DNA from: Anaeromyxobacter sp.
Lineage (GTDB): Bacteria; Myxococcota; Myxococcia; Myxococcales; Anaeromyxobacteraceae
Length of the DNA stretch: 64,000 nucleotides
Assembly (NCBI GenBank): GCA_049840735.1
Contig: JASGJN010000022.1
Location: 288,001 to 352,000, forward strand
Direction of reading: 5' to 3'
Made by a program: the position numbers and the translations under genes. Shown one piece after another: positions 51,673 to 61,549 of the stretch (positions are counted from its first letter, which is position 1; each line of letters begins with the position of its first letter). The notes beneath the pieces are model-generated. The model ran no database searches and was not told the DNA's origin. It worked only from the letters and a program-made list of their open reading frames with translations.

Positions 51673-53443
51673 TCACGGGCCGGGGTGTCGCGGCGGCGCT
51701 GCGGTGATCCGATCGCGCCCCTGATGCTTGGACGCGTAGAGCGCCTCGTCGGCCGCGTGGAAGAGCGTCTCCTCGTCGGTGCCGTCCGCCGGGAAGGTGG
51801 CGACGCCGGCGGAGATGGTGACGGTACCGAGCGTCCGGCCGTCGCAGGGGACGTTGAGCGAGGCGACCGCAGCGCGCAGCGCCTCCGCGCGCCGCACGGC
51901 ATCGCCCGAGGCGCAGTCGGGCATCAGGACCAGGAACTCCTCACCGCCGTAGCGGCAGACCACGTCGGCCGTCCGGAAGGTGCTCCGGAGCAGGCCCGCC
52001 ACCTCCTTCAGGACGGCGTCGCCGGCGGCGTGGCCATGGGTGTCATTGAACTTCTTGAAGTGGTCCACGTCGAGCATGACCACAGAGAGCGGGCTGCCGG
52101 TGCGTCGGACCCGCGCGAGCTCTCGGGCGGCGGTGTCCTCCAGGTAGCGCCGGTTGAACAGTCCCGTGAGCGGGTCGCGGGTGGCCTGGTTCCGCATGGC
52201 CTCGCGCAGCCGCATGTTGGCGAGCGTCAAGGCCAGGATCTCCCCCAGCTCGGCGGCGACGCGGGGCACGTCACCCTGGTCCACCAGCACCAGCTGGAGC
52301 AGCCCGACGGTGTCGCCCTGGGCCATCAGCGGGATGCAGGCCGTCGTCCCGTGGCTCGCGGCGCCATGCTGGCACGGCACCCTGCCGTCGCCGCCCGCCA
52401 CGTGCGCTCGCCCGAGGCGGAACGACCAGCAGGCGTCCGGAGGGAAGGGCTCGTTCGCGACGCCGTCCCCCCAGCCCGCGACCGGGCTGAGCAGGTTGCG
52501 CGAGGCGTTGAGCAGGAAGAGGCGTCCGGCCGATCCCGGCAGGCACCCCGGCGCGAGCGCAGGCACGATGCGGCCCACGTCCTCGAACGAGTGCGCGGCG
52601 TGGAGCATCTCCCGCAGATCGTTCAGCTGGCGCGCTTCCCGGTCGCGGCCGTCGAGCTTGGCGGCCATGGCGTTGAACGTGCGCGCCAGCTCACCGATCT
52701 CGTCGTCGCCGGAGGCCTCGAATCCGGTGGCCGAGATCGCCCCCCGCGATGGCCCGCGCGGAGGACGCGACCGAGGCCAGCCGCCGCCCCACCCGCCGGG
52801 CAAAGACGACCGCGCCGCCGGCCCCCAGCAGCGCGACGAACGCCGACCCGAACATGCCCAGGAGGTCGAGCTGGCGGGTGGTCGCGCTGCTCTCGCGCTG
52901 GCGCTCCGTGAGCAGCACCTGCTCGGCGCTCACCAACTCGTCGGCCGTGGCGCGCAGCGCGTCGATCCGCGCCTTGCCCCCGCGGATGATCTCCCGCTCG
53001 CCGGCGCCCAGCTCGCCCGCTGGCGGCTGGCGGATGAGCGGTTCGGCGCTCCCTGTCCTCCAGGCCCGGTACAGCTCACCGAGCCGCGCCGCCCGCGCCA
53101 GCTGCGCCGGGTTGTCCTCCAGCAGGTCCGTCAGCCGGGCCAGGTCCGACGCGAACGCGCCGTTCCCTTCGGCGAACTGGTCCAGGAAGGCGCGGTCGTG
53201 GGAGAGCAGGTAGCCACGGAAGCCGCTCTGGGCCTCGATGGCGTCGCGCGCCACCGCCTGCGCCAGGCCGATCACCTCGTGCGTGTGGGCGACCCAGCGC
53301 GCGCCCTGCTCGGCCCGCTGTACGGCGAGGTGCAGCCCGATGACGCTCGCCGCGCCGAGCAGGCCGACGAGGAGGCTCGCCAGGGCGGCCTCGCTGCGCA
53401 GCGTCAGGTTCTGGATGGGCGGGCGGAGACGATACAGGCGCAT
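51673..53443 (-). CDS. Membrane diguanylate cyclase, CHASE3-HAMP-GAF-GGDEF (apparent frameshift at 52720)
   Basis: WVAHTHEV..AQSGFRGYLL (CHASE3), DDEIGELARTFN.M (HAMP), CW..R.G..H...C.H (GAF-like), RYGGEEF. Confidence 0.9.
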
Positions 53444-53650
53444 GGATTTGACGCTCGCGAGCGGGATCGCCAGCTTCTGCACGCGGCGTGCCCGGTCAAC
53501 ATCGGGGCGGCCGTCGCGGAAGGTGCGGCGCGGTCGGATTCGCTCCCCTGGGTAGGGCTCCGGAGCACGTCGTTCGCCGTCCATGATCCTGCTAGCGTCG
53601 CCACGTCCAGTCGATGGCTCGCCCGCCGTGGCGCGGGCAGGAGGGGAAGC

Positions 53651-54553
53651 ATGAAGCGCGTTCTGATGGTCTCGACGCTGGGGGCCCTGGTCGCCTGTGG
53701 TGGCGGCGACGGTGGCGTGAAGTTCAAGGACCCGGACTCCGTCACCTTCACCTACGGTACGCCGCAGGCTCCGACCCTGACGGAGCAGGACGAGGCCGCG
53801 GCGGCGGGCCAGTACGCCGGCGCCGCCGTGACGCTCCAGGACGAGCAGGACGACGCGGTGGCGACGGAGGAGTCGATGGACCTCGCCAACCTGCCCAACG
53901 AGCTGGCGGACTTGTTCCCAGGTCCGGCCGTCGTGGGTCTGCGCTCCATGCAGGACCGCCCCGAGCTCGCGCGCGCCGCCGCGGTGCTGAGCAGCAAGGT
54001 CGAATCCATGCCGGTCTGGGACAACCCCGACTGCTGGCAGGTGACCGCCACGGCGTCCGAGGCCGGCGTCACCGGCGCCATCTCCTTCGATGGCTGCACC
54101 ATCACCGAGGTGGACGGTACCGCGACCATGACCATGGTCCTGGATGGTTCGTTCAACCGGATCCCTGGTCGCCGGTTCTGGGATGCCTCCGTGCACGTGA
54201 ACATGTCCGAGCCCACCGAGAACGGGACCGCGAGGTTCTCGGTCTCCGAGCACCTGTCGGGTGACGTCTCCATCACCGAGACGACCATCCAGGGCTTCGC
54301 CCGGTCGGACGTCGCGGCGCAGGTGAGCGTCCCTGGCGCCTCGGACAGCCTCGCGGTCACCTACAACGCGGATCTGGACCTCGTGTACGAGGTTCCGTTC
54401 TGCGTGGTGGACGGCTCGCTGATCGCGAAGCGGATCTGGACGACGCGGCCGACCTCCGGCGACTTCACGGCCGAGGAGCTGGCCGACGCGGCCGTCCGGT
54501 TCGACTGGCTGGGCTGCGGGAACGTGCAGGTCTCCTGGGGCACGCTGCCGTAG
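53651..54553 (+). CDS. Hypothetical beta-rich lipoprotein
   Basis: MKR..LVAC lipobox, GAGGGG RBS, normal codon bias, four further Cys residues. Confidence 0.78.
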   Translation: MKRVLMVSTLGALVACGGGDGGVKFKDPDSVTFTYGTPQAPTLTEQDEAAAAGQYAGAAVTLQDEQDDAVATEESMDLANLPNELADLFPGPAVVGLRSMQDRPELARAAAVLSSKVESMPVWDNPDCWQVTATASEAGVTGAISFDGCTITEVDGTATMTMVLDGSFNRIPGRRFWDASVHVNMSEPTENGTARFSVSEHLSGDVSITETTIQGFARSDVAAQVSVPGASDSLAVTYNADLDLVYEVPFCVVDGSLIAKRIWTTRPTSGDFTAEELADAAVRFDWLGCGNVQVSWGTLP

Positions 54554-54575
54554 CTGACGGGATCCAGTCAAGGAA

Positions 54576-54606
54576 CGACCCGGCTCCGCACCGCGGGGCC
54601 GGGTCG
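54576..54606. terminator. Hairpin between convergent genes, probable terminator
   Basis: CGACCCGGCTCCGC-ACC-GCGGGGCCGGGTCG. Confidence 0.55.
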
Positions 54607-54640
54607 CGCAGTCCTGGGCGGAGAGTGGCGAAGCGGAGTC

Positions 54641-55711
54641 CTAGCGCCGCGCCACCGTCTTCCCGTTGGCGCCGAGGTCTGCGAAGGCCTCCTGCAGGCG
54701 TTCGACCACGCCCTGCTCGGCCTTGCGCAGCACCTGCCGCGGGTCGTACTGCTTCTTGTAGGGCTGGTCGGTCTCGGGATCGATCTGGTACTGGAACGCC
54801 CGCGGGTTCGCGGTCACGTAGTCGCCGATGGGCTTGGCGAACGCGAACTGCGTGTCGGTGTCGATGTTCATCTTGAAGACGCCGTAGCTCACGGCCTCGC
54901 GGATCTGGGCCTTCTCCGAGCCCGAGCCGCCGTGGAACACGAGGTTGAGCGGGTTCGGACCGGACTTCGTCTTCTCGCGGACCAGCGTCTGGCTGTTCTT
55001 CAGGATCTCCGGCCGCAGCTTGACGTTGCCCGGCTTGTAGACGCCGTGCACGTTCCCGAACGACGCCGCCACCGAGAAGTGACCGATGGGCGAGAGCTTC
55101 TGGTAGGCGAGGTACACGTCCTCGGGCTGGGTGTAGAGCTTGGCGTTGTGCTCGCTGCTGTCCACGTCCGAGCCGACGCCGTCCTCCTCGCCGCCCGTCA
55201 CGCCCAGCTCGATCTCGATGCTCATGTCCATCTTGGCCATGCGCGTGAGCAGCCGCGCGCACTCGCCGAGGTTGAAGTCGATGGTCTCCTCGGAGAGGTC
55301 GAGCATGTGCGAGCTGAAGAGCGGCTTCCCGGTCTGCGCGAACCAGCGCTCCCCGTGCTCCAGCAGCGCCTCCACCCAGGGGATGAGCTTCTTGTTGGCG
55401 TGGTCGGTGTGGACGGCCGCGCAGATCCCGTACTCGGCGGCCAGGAGGTGGATGTGCTGGGCCGCAGCGACCGCGCCCAGCACCTTGGCCTTGGCGCCGT
55501 CGGGGATGCCCTTGCCCGCGTAGAACTCGGCGCCGCCGTTCGAGAGCTGGATGATGACGTCGCTCTTCGCCTTGGCCGCCGCCTCCAGCACCGCGTTGAG
55601 GGTGTTGGTGCCCGTCACGTTCACGGCGGGTAGCGCGAAGCCGCCAGCCTTCGCGTTGGCGACGAGCGCCTGGTAGTCCTTGCCTGTCACCACGCCTGGC
55701 TTGAGATTCAT
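54641..55711 (-). CDS. fbaA: Class II fructose-bisphosphate aldolase
   Basis: FALPAVN, HTDH, FSSHMLDLS, ELGVTGGEEDG, FGNVHGVY, VFHGGSGS, KMNIDTD, KKQYDPR. Confidence 0.97.
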   Translation of the reverse strand: MNLKPGVVTGKDYQALVANAKAGGFALPAVNVTGTNTLNAVLEAAAKAKSDVIIQLSNGGAEFYAGKGIPDGAKAKVLGAVAAAQHIHLLAAEYGICAAVHTDHANKKLIPWVEALLEHGERWFAQTGKPLFSSHMLDLSEETIDFNLGECARLLTRMAKMDMSIEIELGVTGGEEDGVGSDVDSSEHNAKLYTQPEDVYLAYQKLSPIGHFSVAASFGNVHGVYKPGNVKLRPEILKNSQTLVREKTKSGPNPLNLVFHGGSGSEKAQIREAVSYGVFKMNIDTDTQFAFAKPIGDYVTANPRAFQYQIDPETDQPYKKQYDPRQVLRKAEQGVVERLQEAFADLGANGKTVARR

Positions 55712-56230
55712 GTGATTTCTCCGTCGTGCACCCACTGGGGCGCGCTGATCGCGGCCGGGCGCCGGGTTGGAAGTCCGTTCAGGAGCAAACCGCTCCTCTG
55801 CCCCAGCAGGGTCGGGGACGCACGCCGGGCCGGTCCGTCGGCATCGGTTTATCGGGGAGGTCCGCTCCGCGCCATACTTGCGGCTCGTCGAGTGGCCGAG
55901 GGTGTTGCTCGTGTGGGGGGTGTGCGGCGGGCGAGCGCAGGCGCGCGGGGGCGCGCACTGTCAGTGCCTGGGCAGGCTGCGAGCGGGGGTGGCGGCGGCG
56001 GGGTCGTACTCCCGGTGCACCTCGTCGCGGTCGAACGGGATCGCGGTCCCGCCGGAGTCCGCCACCGAGACGTTCGCGGCGCTGCGCCTCTACGTGAACA
56101 GCTGGCGCTGGCAAGGCGTCCCCTGCTCCGCGACGCGCTCGCCGGTGACTCGTTCCGCTTCGCACCAGGCCCGCCCGAGGGGCCCTGTCGTGTTCACGGA
56201 GGACGTCGAATCCTCTTGCTAACTGAGCGT

Positions 56231-58981
56231 ATGACCCCCGAGACTGCTCCCAGCCGTTCGACTCCCCTGGCCCTGGCAGGTTCGCCGAAGCCTGTGGCGC
56301 AGGCTCCGGGCCCCGCCCACGAGCAGCTCGAGGCGTACCAGTACCTGCGCGCCCGGGCGCGCGCCGCCCCCGGGCCGCTCTCGCCCGAGCAACTCGCGGG
56401 GCACGCGCTCCGTGTGACCGCAGGCGCCGGCTTTCCGGTCCAGGAAGCTGCGCTCGAGGCGTTGCTGCGCCGAGCGCGTTCCGCTGGGGAGGTCAGGGTT
56501 TTGGGCCCACCGCCCCGGGGCCGCCAGCTCGGGCTGTACCGGGTCCGCGGAGCCGCCTCCTCGCCGGAGTACACCGTGCTGCTCCGCTCGGTCGCCGATG
56601 CGCGGGGCTCCTGCGACTGCGCCGACTTCGCCCGGAGCTCGCTCGGACTGTGCAAGCACCTCCTCGCCGTGCTTGCGTGCGCAGCTCGCCCCGGGGCCCG
56701 GCGAAACGAAGGCGAGGGCACGCTCGACGACGCGCTGCCTCATCTGGAGTGGGATCCGATCCGCGGGCTCACGGGCCCGGGTGACTGGCTGGAGCGGGTC
56801 TCGTGCCGAGGCCCCGATTCGCGCCGCAAGTCCGATGGTGCGGCAGGCCGGTGGTTCAAGGGCGGGCGGTTGCGGGACGCCTTCGCCGCGGACCCGGTGA
56901 CCCGGCTGGATCTGGTCCGGGATCTGTCGCGCGTGGTGAAGGCTGGGGAGCGGGCCAGTCCCTCCGATCCCGCACTGCGCCCCCTCCTGGCCGCCGAGGA
57001 GGAGCGGCTCACCCGCCTCCTCGACGTCCGCGGGCGATGGCCGCAGGCCCGCGCCGCCCTGCGCTCGCTCAAGGTGTCGCTCTACCCGTATCAGCTCGAG
57101 GGCGTGCAGCGGTTCCTCTCGACCGGCCGGCTCCTGCTGGCCGACGACATGGGCCTCGGCAAGACAGCGCAGGCGATCGCGTCGTGCCACGCCCTCTTCG
57201 CCCTTCGGCGCATCCGCCGGGGGCTGGTGATCGTGCCAGCCGCGCTCAAGCCGCAGTGGCAGCGGGAGTGGCAGGCCTTCACCGACGCGCCGCTCACGGT
57301 GGTGGAGGGGGGCCCAGGCGCTCGTGCCGAGCTCTACGGATCCTGCGAGCGCGGCTTCCTGCTGTTGAACTACGAGCAGGTGCTGCGGGATCTGCCCATG
57401 CTCGAGGCCCTCGCGCCGGAGCTCGTGGTCCTGGACGAGGCGCAGCGCATCAAGAACTGGGCGGCCAAGACCTCGGCCTCGGTGAAGCGGCTCCAGCCGG
57501 CCTACCGCCTGGTGCTCACCGGCACGCCCATGGAGAACCGGCTGGACGAGCTGGCGTCGCTCGTCGAGTGGGTCGATGACCTGGCGCTGGAGCCGAAGTG
57601 GCGCCTGGCTCCCTTCCACGCCGTGCGCGCCGACGGCGTGCGGGAGGTGACCGGCGCGCGCAATCTGGGGACCCTGCGCGAGCGGCTGGCCCCCTGCATG
57701 CTTCGCCGGGTGCGCCGGGAGGTGCTGGCGCAGCTGCCGCCGCGGACCGACACGCACCGCCCCATCCGCTTCACCGACGCGCAGGACGCCGAGCACGAGA
57801 GCTTGAACCGGCCCATCGCGGCGCTGGCCGGCATCGCCGGCAAGCGGCCGCTGACGCAGCCCGAGTTCCTCCGGCTCATGACCCTCCTCAACACGCAGCG
57901 GGTGATCTGCAACGGGCTGGGCCAGCTGCGGTTCGAGCAGGAGTGGCCCGCGCTCGCCGCAGCGCCCCGGCCCACCGAGGCATTGCTGGAGGGTCTTGCC
58001 AGCCCGAAGCTGGTGGAGCTGCGGGAGCTCATCGCCTCCATCGCGATCTCCCAGGAGCGGAAGGTGGTGGTCTTCAGCCAGTGGCGCCGGATGCTGCGCC
58101 TCGCCAGCTGGGCGGTCTCGGACCTGCTCGCGGACGCCGGCCTGCGCGGGGTGTTCTTCTCGGGCGAGGAGGGGCAGCGGCGCCGGGCCCAGAACCTGGT
58201 CGAGTTCCACGACGACCCCGGCGTGCGGATCCTGTTCGCGACCGACGCCGGCGGGGTCGGACTCAACCTGCAGCGTGCAGCGAGCTGCTGCATCAACCTC
58301 GAGGTGCCCTGGAACCCGGCGGTGCTGGAGCAGCGGGTCGGCCGGATCTTCCGGCTGGGCCAGGCGCGGCCGGTGGAGGTCTACCACCTCGTCTCGGAGG
58401 CGGGCATCGAGTCGCGGATCGCCGGGCTTGTGGGTGACAAGCGCGCCCTCTTCGACGGCCTCTTCGACGGAAAGAGCGAGGAGGTGGCCTTCGAGCGCTC
58501 CGGCTCGTTCCTCCAGCGGATCGAGAAGGCGTTGCCGCCCCGCTCCGCGTCCCCGCTGGCAGGGGCCGCCGCAGCGCCCGAGGTCGAGCCCGAGGAGCCC
58601 GAGCAGTCGGAGGAGCTCGCGGACTCGCTTCCCGGCGTCCAGCCGGCGCCGGGGCCGGCGAGCGCCCCGGTCCAGCTGGGAGGGCAGGCGCTCATCTCGC
58701 CGCGCCAGCTCGGCGACCTCCTGGGCCAGGTGAAGCTGCGCCCCGCCGCCGAGGGCAAGGTCACGCTCGAGGCGCCTGCCGAGGTGGCCGCGTCCCTCGC
58801 CGCGATCCTCCAGGACCTCGCGCGGATGCTGGTGGGTGGTCAGGGTGAGGCGGCGGAGAGCGCGCCGGCGCGAGGTGCGCCTCCAGCGGCAGCCAGCCGC
58901 GCCACCCCCTCGTCCACTCGCGCCGCCTCGATGAGCCCGAAGCCGATCGCCAGCCCGGTCACGCGCCGTCGCACGGCGTAG
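56231..58981 (+). CDS. SWIM zinc-finger SNF2-family helicase/ATPase
   Basis: CDC.DF....CKH (SWIM), LYPYQ, LADDMGLGKT, DEAQRIKN, LTGTPMEN, VFSQW, GGVGLNLQ, PWNPAVLEQRVGR. Confidence 0.92.
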   Translation: MTPETAPSRSTPLALAGSPKPVAQAPGPAHEQLEAYQYLRARARAAPGPLSPEQLAGHALRVTAGAGFPVQEAALEALLRRARSAGEVRVLGPPPRGRQLGLYRVRGAASSPEYTVLLRSVADARGSCDCADFARSSLGLCKHLLAVLACAARPGARRNEGEGTLDDALPHLEWDPIRGLTGPGDWLERVSCRGPDSRRKSDGAAGRWFKGGRLRDAFAADPVTRLDLVRDLSRVVKAGERASPSDPALRPLLAAEEERLTRLLDVRGRWPQARAALRSLKVSLYPYQLEGVQRFLSTGRLLLADDMGLGKTAQAIASCHALFALRRIRRGLVIVPAALKPQWQREWQAFTDAPLTVVEGGPGARAELYGSCERGFLLLNYEQVLRDLPMLEALAPELVVLDEAQRIKNWAAKTSASVKRLQPAYRLVLTGTPMENRLDELASLVEWVDDLALEPKWRLAPFHAVRADGVREVTGARNLGTLRERLAPCMLRRVRREVLAQLPPRTDTHRPIRFTDAQDAEHESLNRPIAALAGIAGKRPLTQPEFLRLMTLLNTQRVICNGLGQLRFEQEWPALAAAPRPTEALLEGLASPKLVELRELIASIAISQERKVVVFSQWRRMLRLASWAVSDLLADAGLRGVFFSGEEGQRRRAQNLVEFHDDPGVRILFATDAGGVGLNLQRAASCCINLEVPWNPAVLEQRVGRIFRLGQARPVEVYHLVSEAGIESRIAGLVGDKRALFDGLFDGKSEEVAFERSGSFLQRIEKALPPRSASPLAGAAAAPEVEPEEPEQSEELADSLPGVQPAPGPASAPVQLGGQALISPRQLGDLLGQVKLRPAAEGKVTLEAPAEVAASLAAILQDLARMLVGGQGEAAESAPARGAPPAAASRATPSSTRAASMSPKPIASPVTRRRTA

Positions 58982-60285
58982 CCCTGCAACCCCTCCACCG
59001 CCACGCCGGCCTGCCGGGCCCTCGCGATCCAGGCGGGGACGTCCAACCGTTCGTCGCGGCAGCGCGCGGCGAGGTGCAGCCCGGCGGCGCCCGGGAAGAG
59101 CTCCAGCACCTCCCCCAGCTCGCGCTCCAGCGCGGTCACCAGCCGGTCCCGGCGGTCCCGGTAAATCCGGTGCAGCTTGCGCAGATGCCGGGAGAAGAGC
59201 CCCTCCTCGATGAGCGTGGCCAGGGCGCGCTGCGGCTCGGGGGGGCCGTGGGAGTCGGAGAGCCGTCGCGCGGCGCGCAGCGCTCCCATGAGCGACGCGG
59301 GCGCGACGACGTAACCCAGCCGCAGCGTAGGGAGGAGCAGCTTCGAGAAGGTGCCGACGTACAGGACGCGCCCGTGCCGGTCGAGCCCTTGGAGCGCCTC
59401 TAGCGGCCGGCCGTCGTGACGGAACTCCGCGTCGTAGTCGTCCTCCAGGATCGCGGCCCCGCGCCGGCGGCTCCATTCCAGGAGGGCCTGCCGTCGCGCC
59501 AGCGACATCGGCACGCCCAGCGGGAACTGATGCGAGGGCGTGACCACCACCAGCTGCGCGTCCGCAGGCAGGGCGGCGACCACCAGCCCCTCGCCGTCCA
59601 CCGGGACCGGGACCACCCGGGCCCCCTGCGCCTCGAGGACCTGGCGTGCGGGCGGGTAGCCGGGGTCCTCGACCGCGACGCAGGTCCCGGGCTCCACCAG
59701 GATCCTCGCCACGAGGTCGAAGGCGTGCTGGGCGCCCGCGCAGAGCAGCACGTCCTCCGCGCCGGCGTGGACGCCGCGCGAGGCGGCGAGGTGCCGGGCG
59801 ATGGCCGCGCGCAGACGCTCCTCCCCCTCGGGCGGCGCGTAGCCGGGAGCGGGACGCCGCCCGCGGAGCTCCCGGGCCAGCGCGCGGCGCCAGGTGTCCC
59901 ACGGGAAGAGCCGCGGGTCGGGCGCGCCCACCCGGAAGTCGAACGGCGCCGGAGCGATCGGCGCGGGTGGGTCGGCGAGCGCGGCCCACCGCGGGAGCGG
60001 GCGCAGGCGGCGGCCCGAGGGCGCGCGGCTGGGCGCCGCCCGGACGCCGTCCGCCACGAAGGTCCCGGCGCCCACGCGGCCACCCAGGAAGCCCTCCGCC
60101 CCGAGCCGCCCGTAGGCGCCGAGGACGGTGTTGCGGGAGACGCGGAGCGCGCGGGCCAGCGCGCGGCTCGCGGGGAGCCGCGCGCCCGCCGGCAGCCGGC
60201 CATCCAGGATGCGCTGCCGGAGCTGCTGGTAGAGATCGGAGCCGAGGCGCCCGCCCCGCCCCAGCGTGATCTGGAGGCTCACCAC
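58840..60285 (-). CDS. MocR/GabR family PLP-dependent GntR regulator
   Basis: LPASRALARALRVSRNTV..AY..L..EG, EDPGY, TPSHQFPLG, EDDYD.EF, GTFSK. Confidence 0.94.
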   Translation of the reverse strand: MVSLQITLGRGGRLGSDLYQQLRQRILDGRLPAGARLPASRALARALRVSRNTVLGAYGRLGAEGFLGGRVGAGTFVADGVRAAPSRAPSGRRLRPLPRWAALADPPAPIAPAPFDFRVGAPDPRLFPWDTWRRALARELRGRRPAPGYAPPEGEERLRAAIARHLAASRGVHAGAEDVLLCAGAQHAFDLVARILVEPGTCVAVEDPGYPPARQVLEAQGARVVPVPVDGEGLVVAALPADAQLVVVTPSHQFPLGVPMSLARRQALLEWSRRRGAAILEDDYDAEFRHDGRPLEALQGLDRHGRVLYVGTFSKLLLPTLRLGYVVAPASLMGALRAARRLSDSHGPPEPQRALATLIEEGLFSRHLRKLHRIYRDRRDRLVTALERELGEVLELFPGAAGLHLAARCRDERLDVPAWIARARQAGVAVEGLQGYAVRRRVTGLAIGFGLIEAARVDEGVARLAAAGGAPRAGALSAASP

Positions 60286-60304
60286 GGCAGGTTAAATGGC
60301 ACCA

Positions 60305-60339
60305 TGGACTTTGTGAAGAGTGGACCTGGGAAGGGGCCA
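60305..60339. promoter_or_regulatory. MocR-type operator candidate
   Basis: TGGAC direct repeats at 60305 and 60321 plus an inverted GGCCA at 60335 in the divergent gap. Confidence 0.5.
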
Positions 60340-60361
60340 CCGCCCGACCTATCCCTGAGCC

Positions 60362-60763
60362 ATGATCGACTCCGACACGCTCCCCTGGCTCCCCTGCACC
60401 CCCGGCTTCAGCCTGAAGCTCCTCCGCGGCGGCGCCGACGACGATCCGCGCGTCCTGCTCCTGCGGCTGGAACCTGGCACCCTCGTCCCGCGCCACCGCC
60501 ACACGGGCGACGTCCACGCGTTCAACCTGCGCGGCTCGCGCGTCCTCCTCGAGACCGGCGAGGTGGTCGGGCCCGGGGGCTACGTCTACGAGCCCGTCGG
60601 CAACGTGGACAGCTGGCGAGCCATCGGCGACGAGCCCGTCCACGTGCTCGCCATCGTCCGCGGCGCCATGGAGACGCTGGGGGAGAATGGGCAAGTCACC
60701 GACCGGACCACCACCGGCTCGCTCACGCAGGCGTTCCAGCGGTTCCTGGAGGCCCGGCGATGA
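60362..60763 (+). CDS. Cupin, 2,4'-dihydroxyacetophenone dioxygenase/ChrR-like family
   Basis: LPWLP, LRLEPG..VPRHRHTGDVHAFNL.G, GGYVYEP.G. Confidence 0.8.
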   Translation: MIDSDTLPWLPCTPGFSLKLLRGGADDDPRVLLLRLEPGTLVPRHRHTGDVHAFNLRGSRVLLETGEVVGPGGYVYEPVGNVDSWRAIGDEPVHVLAIVRGAMETLGENGQVTDRTTTGSLTQAFQRFLEARR

Positions 60764-61230
60764 GGGGCGACCGCCTGGCACCGGCGCTGCTCCGCCTCGC
60801 GCTGTCCGCGGCCTTCCTGTCCGCAGTCGCCTCCCGGCTCGGCGGCTGGGGCGGCCACGCCGGTCAGCCGGCGGTGGCCTTCGCCGGTTTCGTCGCGGCG
60901 GTGGGCGAGCTCAACCCGTGGCTGCCCAGCAGGCTCTGGCCGGCGCTGGCCGTGCTGGTCACCGCGCTCGAGGCCGGGCTCGGCGTGGCGCTCCTGCTCG
61001 GCGTCGCGCCCCGGCGGACGGCGCTCGGGGCCGCCGGACTCCTGACCGTGTTCGCGGTGGCCATGACCGCCTTCACCGGCCCGAAGTCGGCGCTGGACGC
61101 ATCCGTCTTCTCCGCGGCGGCCGGAGCCTTCCTCCTCGCCAGGGTGGAGGGCGAGCGGAGCACCGCCGCCCGGGACGCGAGGGAGGGCGCACAGGGCGGC
61201 GCGGGGGATCGGTGCGCGGGCGCGTCGTAG
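60760..61230 (+). CDS. DoxX-like membrane protein
   Basis: LRLALSAAFLSAVASRLG.WG, ELNPW, E..LG..LLLG, FA.AM, KSALDASVFSAAAGA; ATGA overlap. Confidence 0.82.
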   Translation: MRGDRLAPALLRLALSAAFLSAVASRLGGWGGHAGQPAVAFAGFVAAVGELNPWLPSRLWPALAVLVTALEAGLGVALLLGVAPRRTALGAAGLLTVFAVAMTAFTGPKSALDASVFSAAAGAFLLARVEGERSTAARDAREGAQGGAGDRCAGAS

Positions 61231-61549
61231 CGACGCGTGACTGCCTCGCGGGGTCAGGAACCGCCGCTGCCTCCAGCAGCCTGGCGCGCGCCTGCGCCTG
61301 GATTTCGATGACAGCCTGAGTCCCGCTCGGCTGGAACAAGGAGCGGGCGCCAGCAGGAACTCGGCGCGGCCTCTCGCTGCCCGCCGCAGCGTGCAGGGCG
61401 CTCTCGCCGACCCCGGTTCACCCACGGTACGTTGACGGTTAGTCACTTCGCTGTGCCGCGCGCCACCGGATGAGCGTTTGCTCCCCCATTTGATGACCTA
61501 GCACCCGTCGCCCTCGGACGCTGACGCAGCGGCCGAGAAGGAGCGACGG

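Noticed and set aside
60297..60314. TGGCAC as a sigma-54 promoter upstream of the cupin gene
   Set aside because: There is no TTGC at the required spacing, and the region is better explained by MocR-type repeats.
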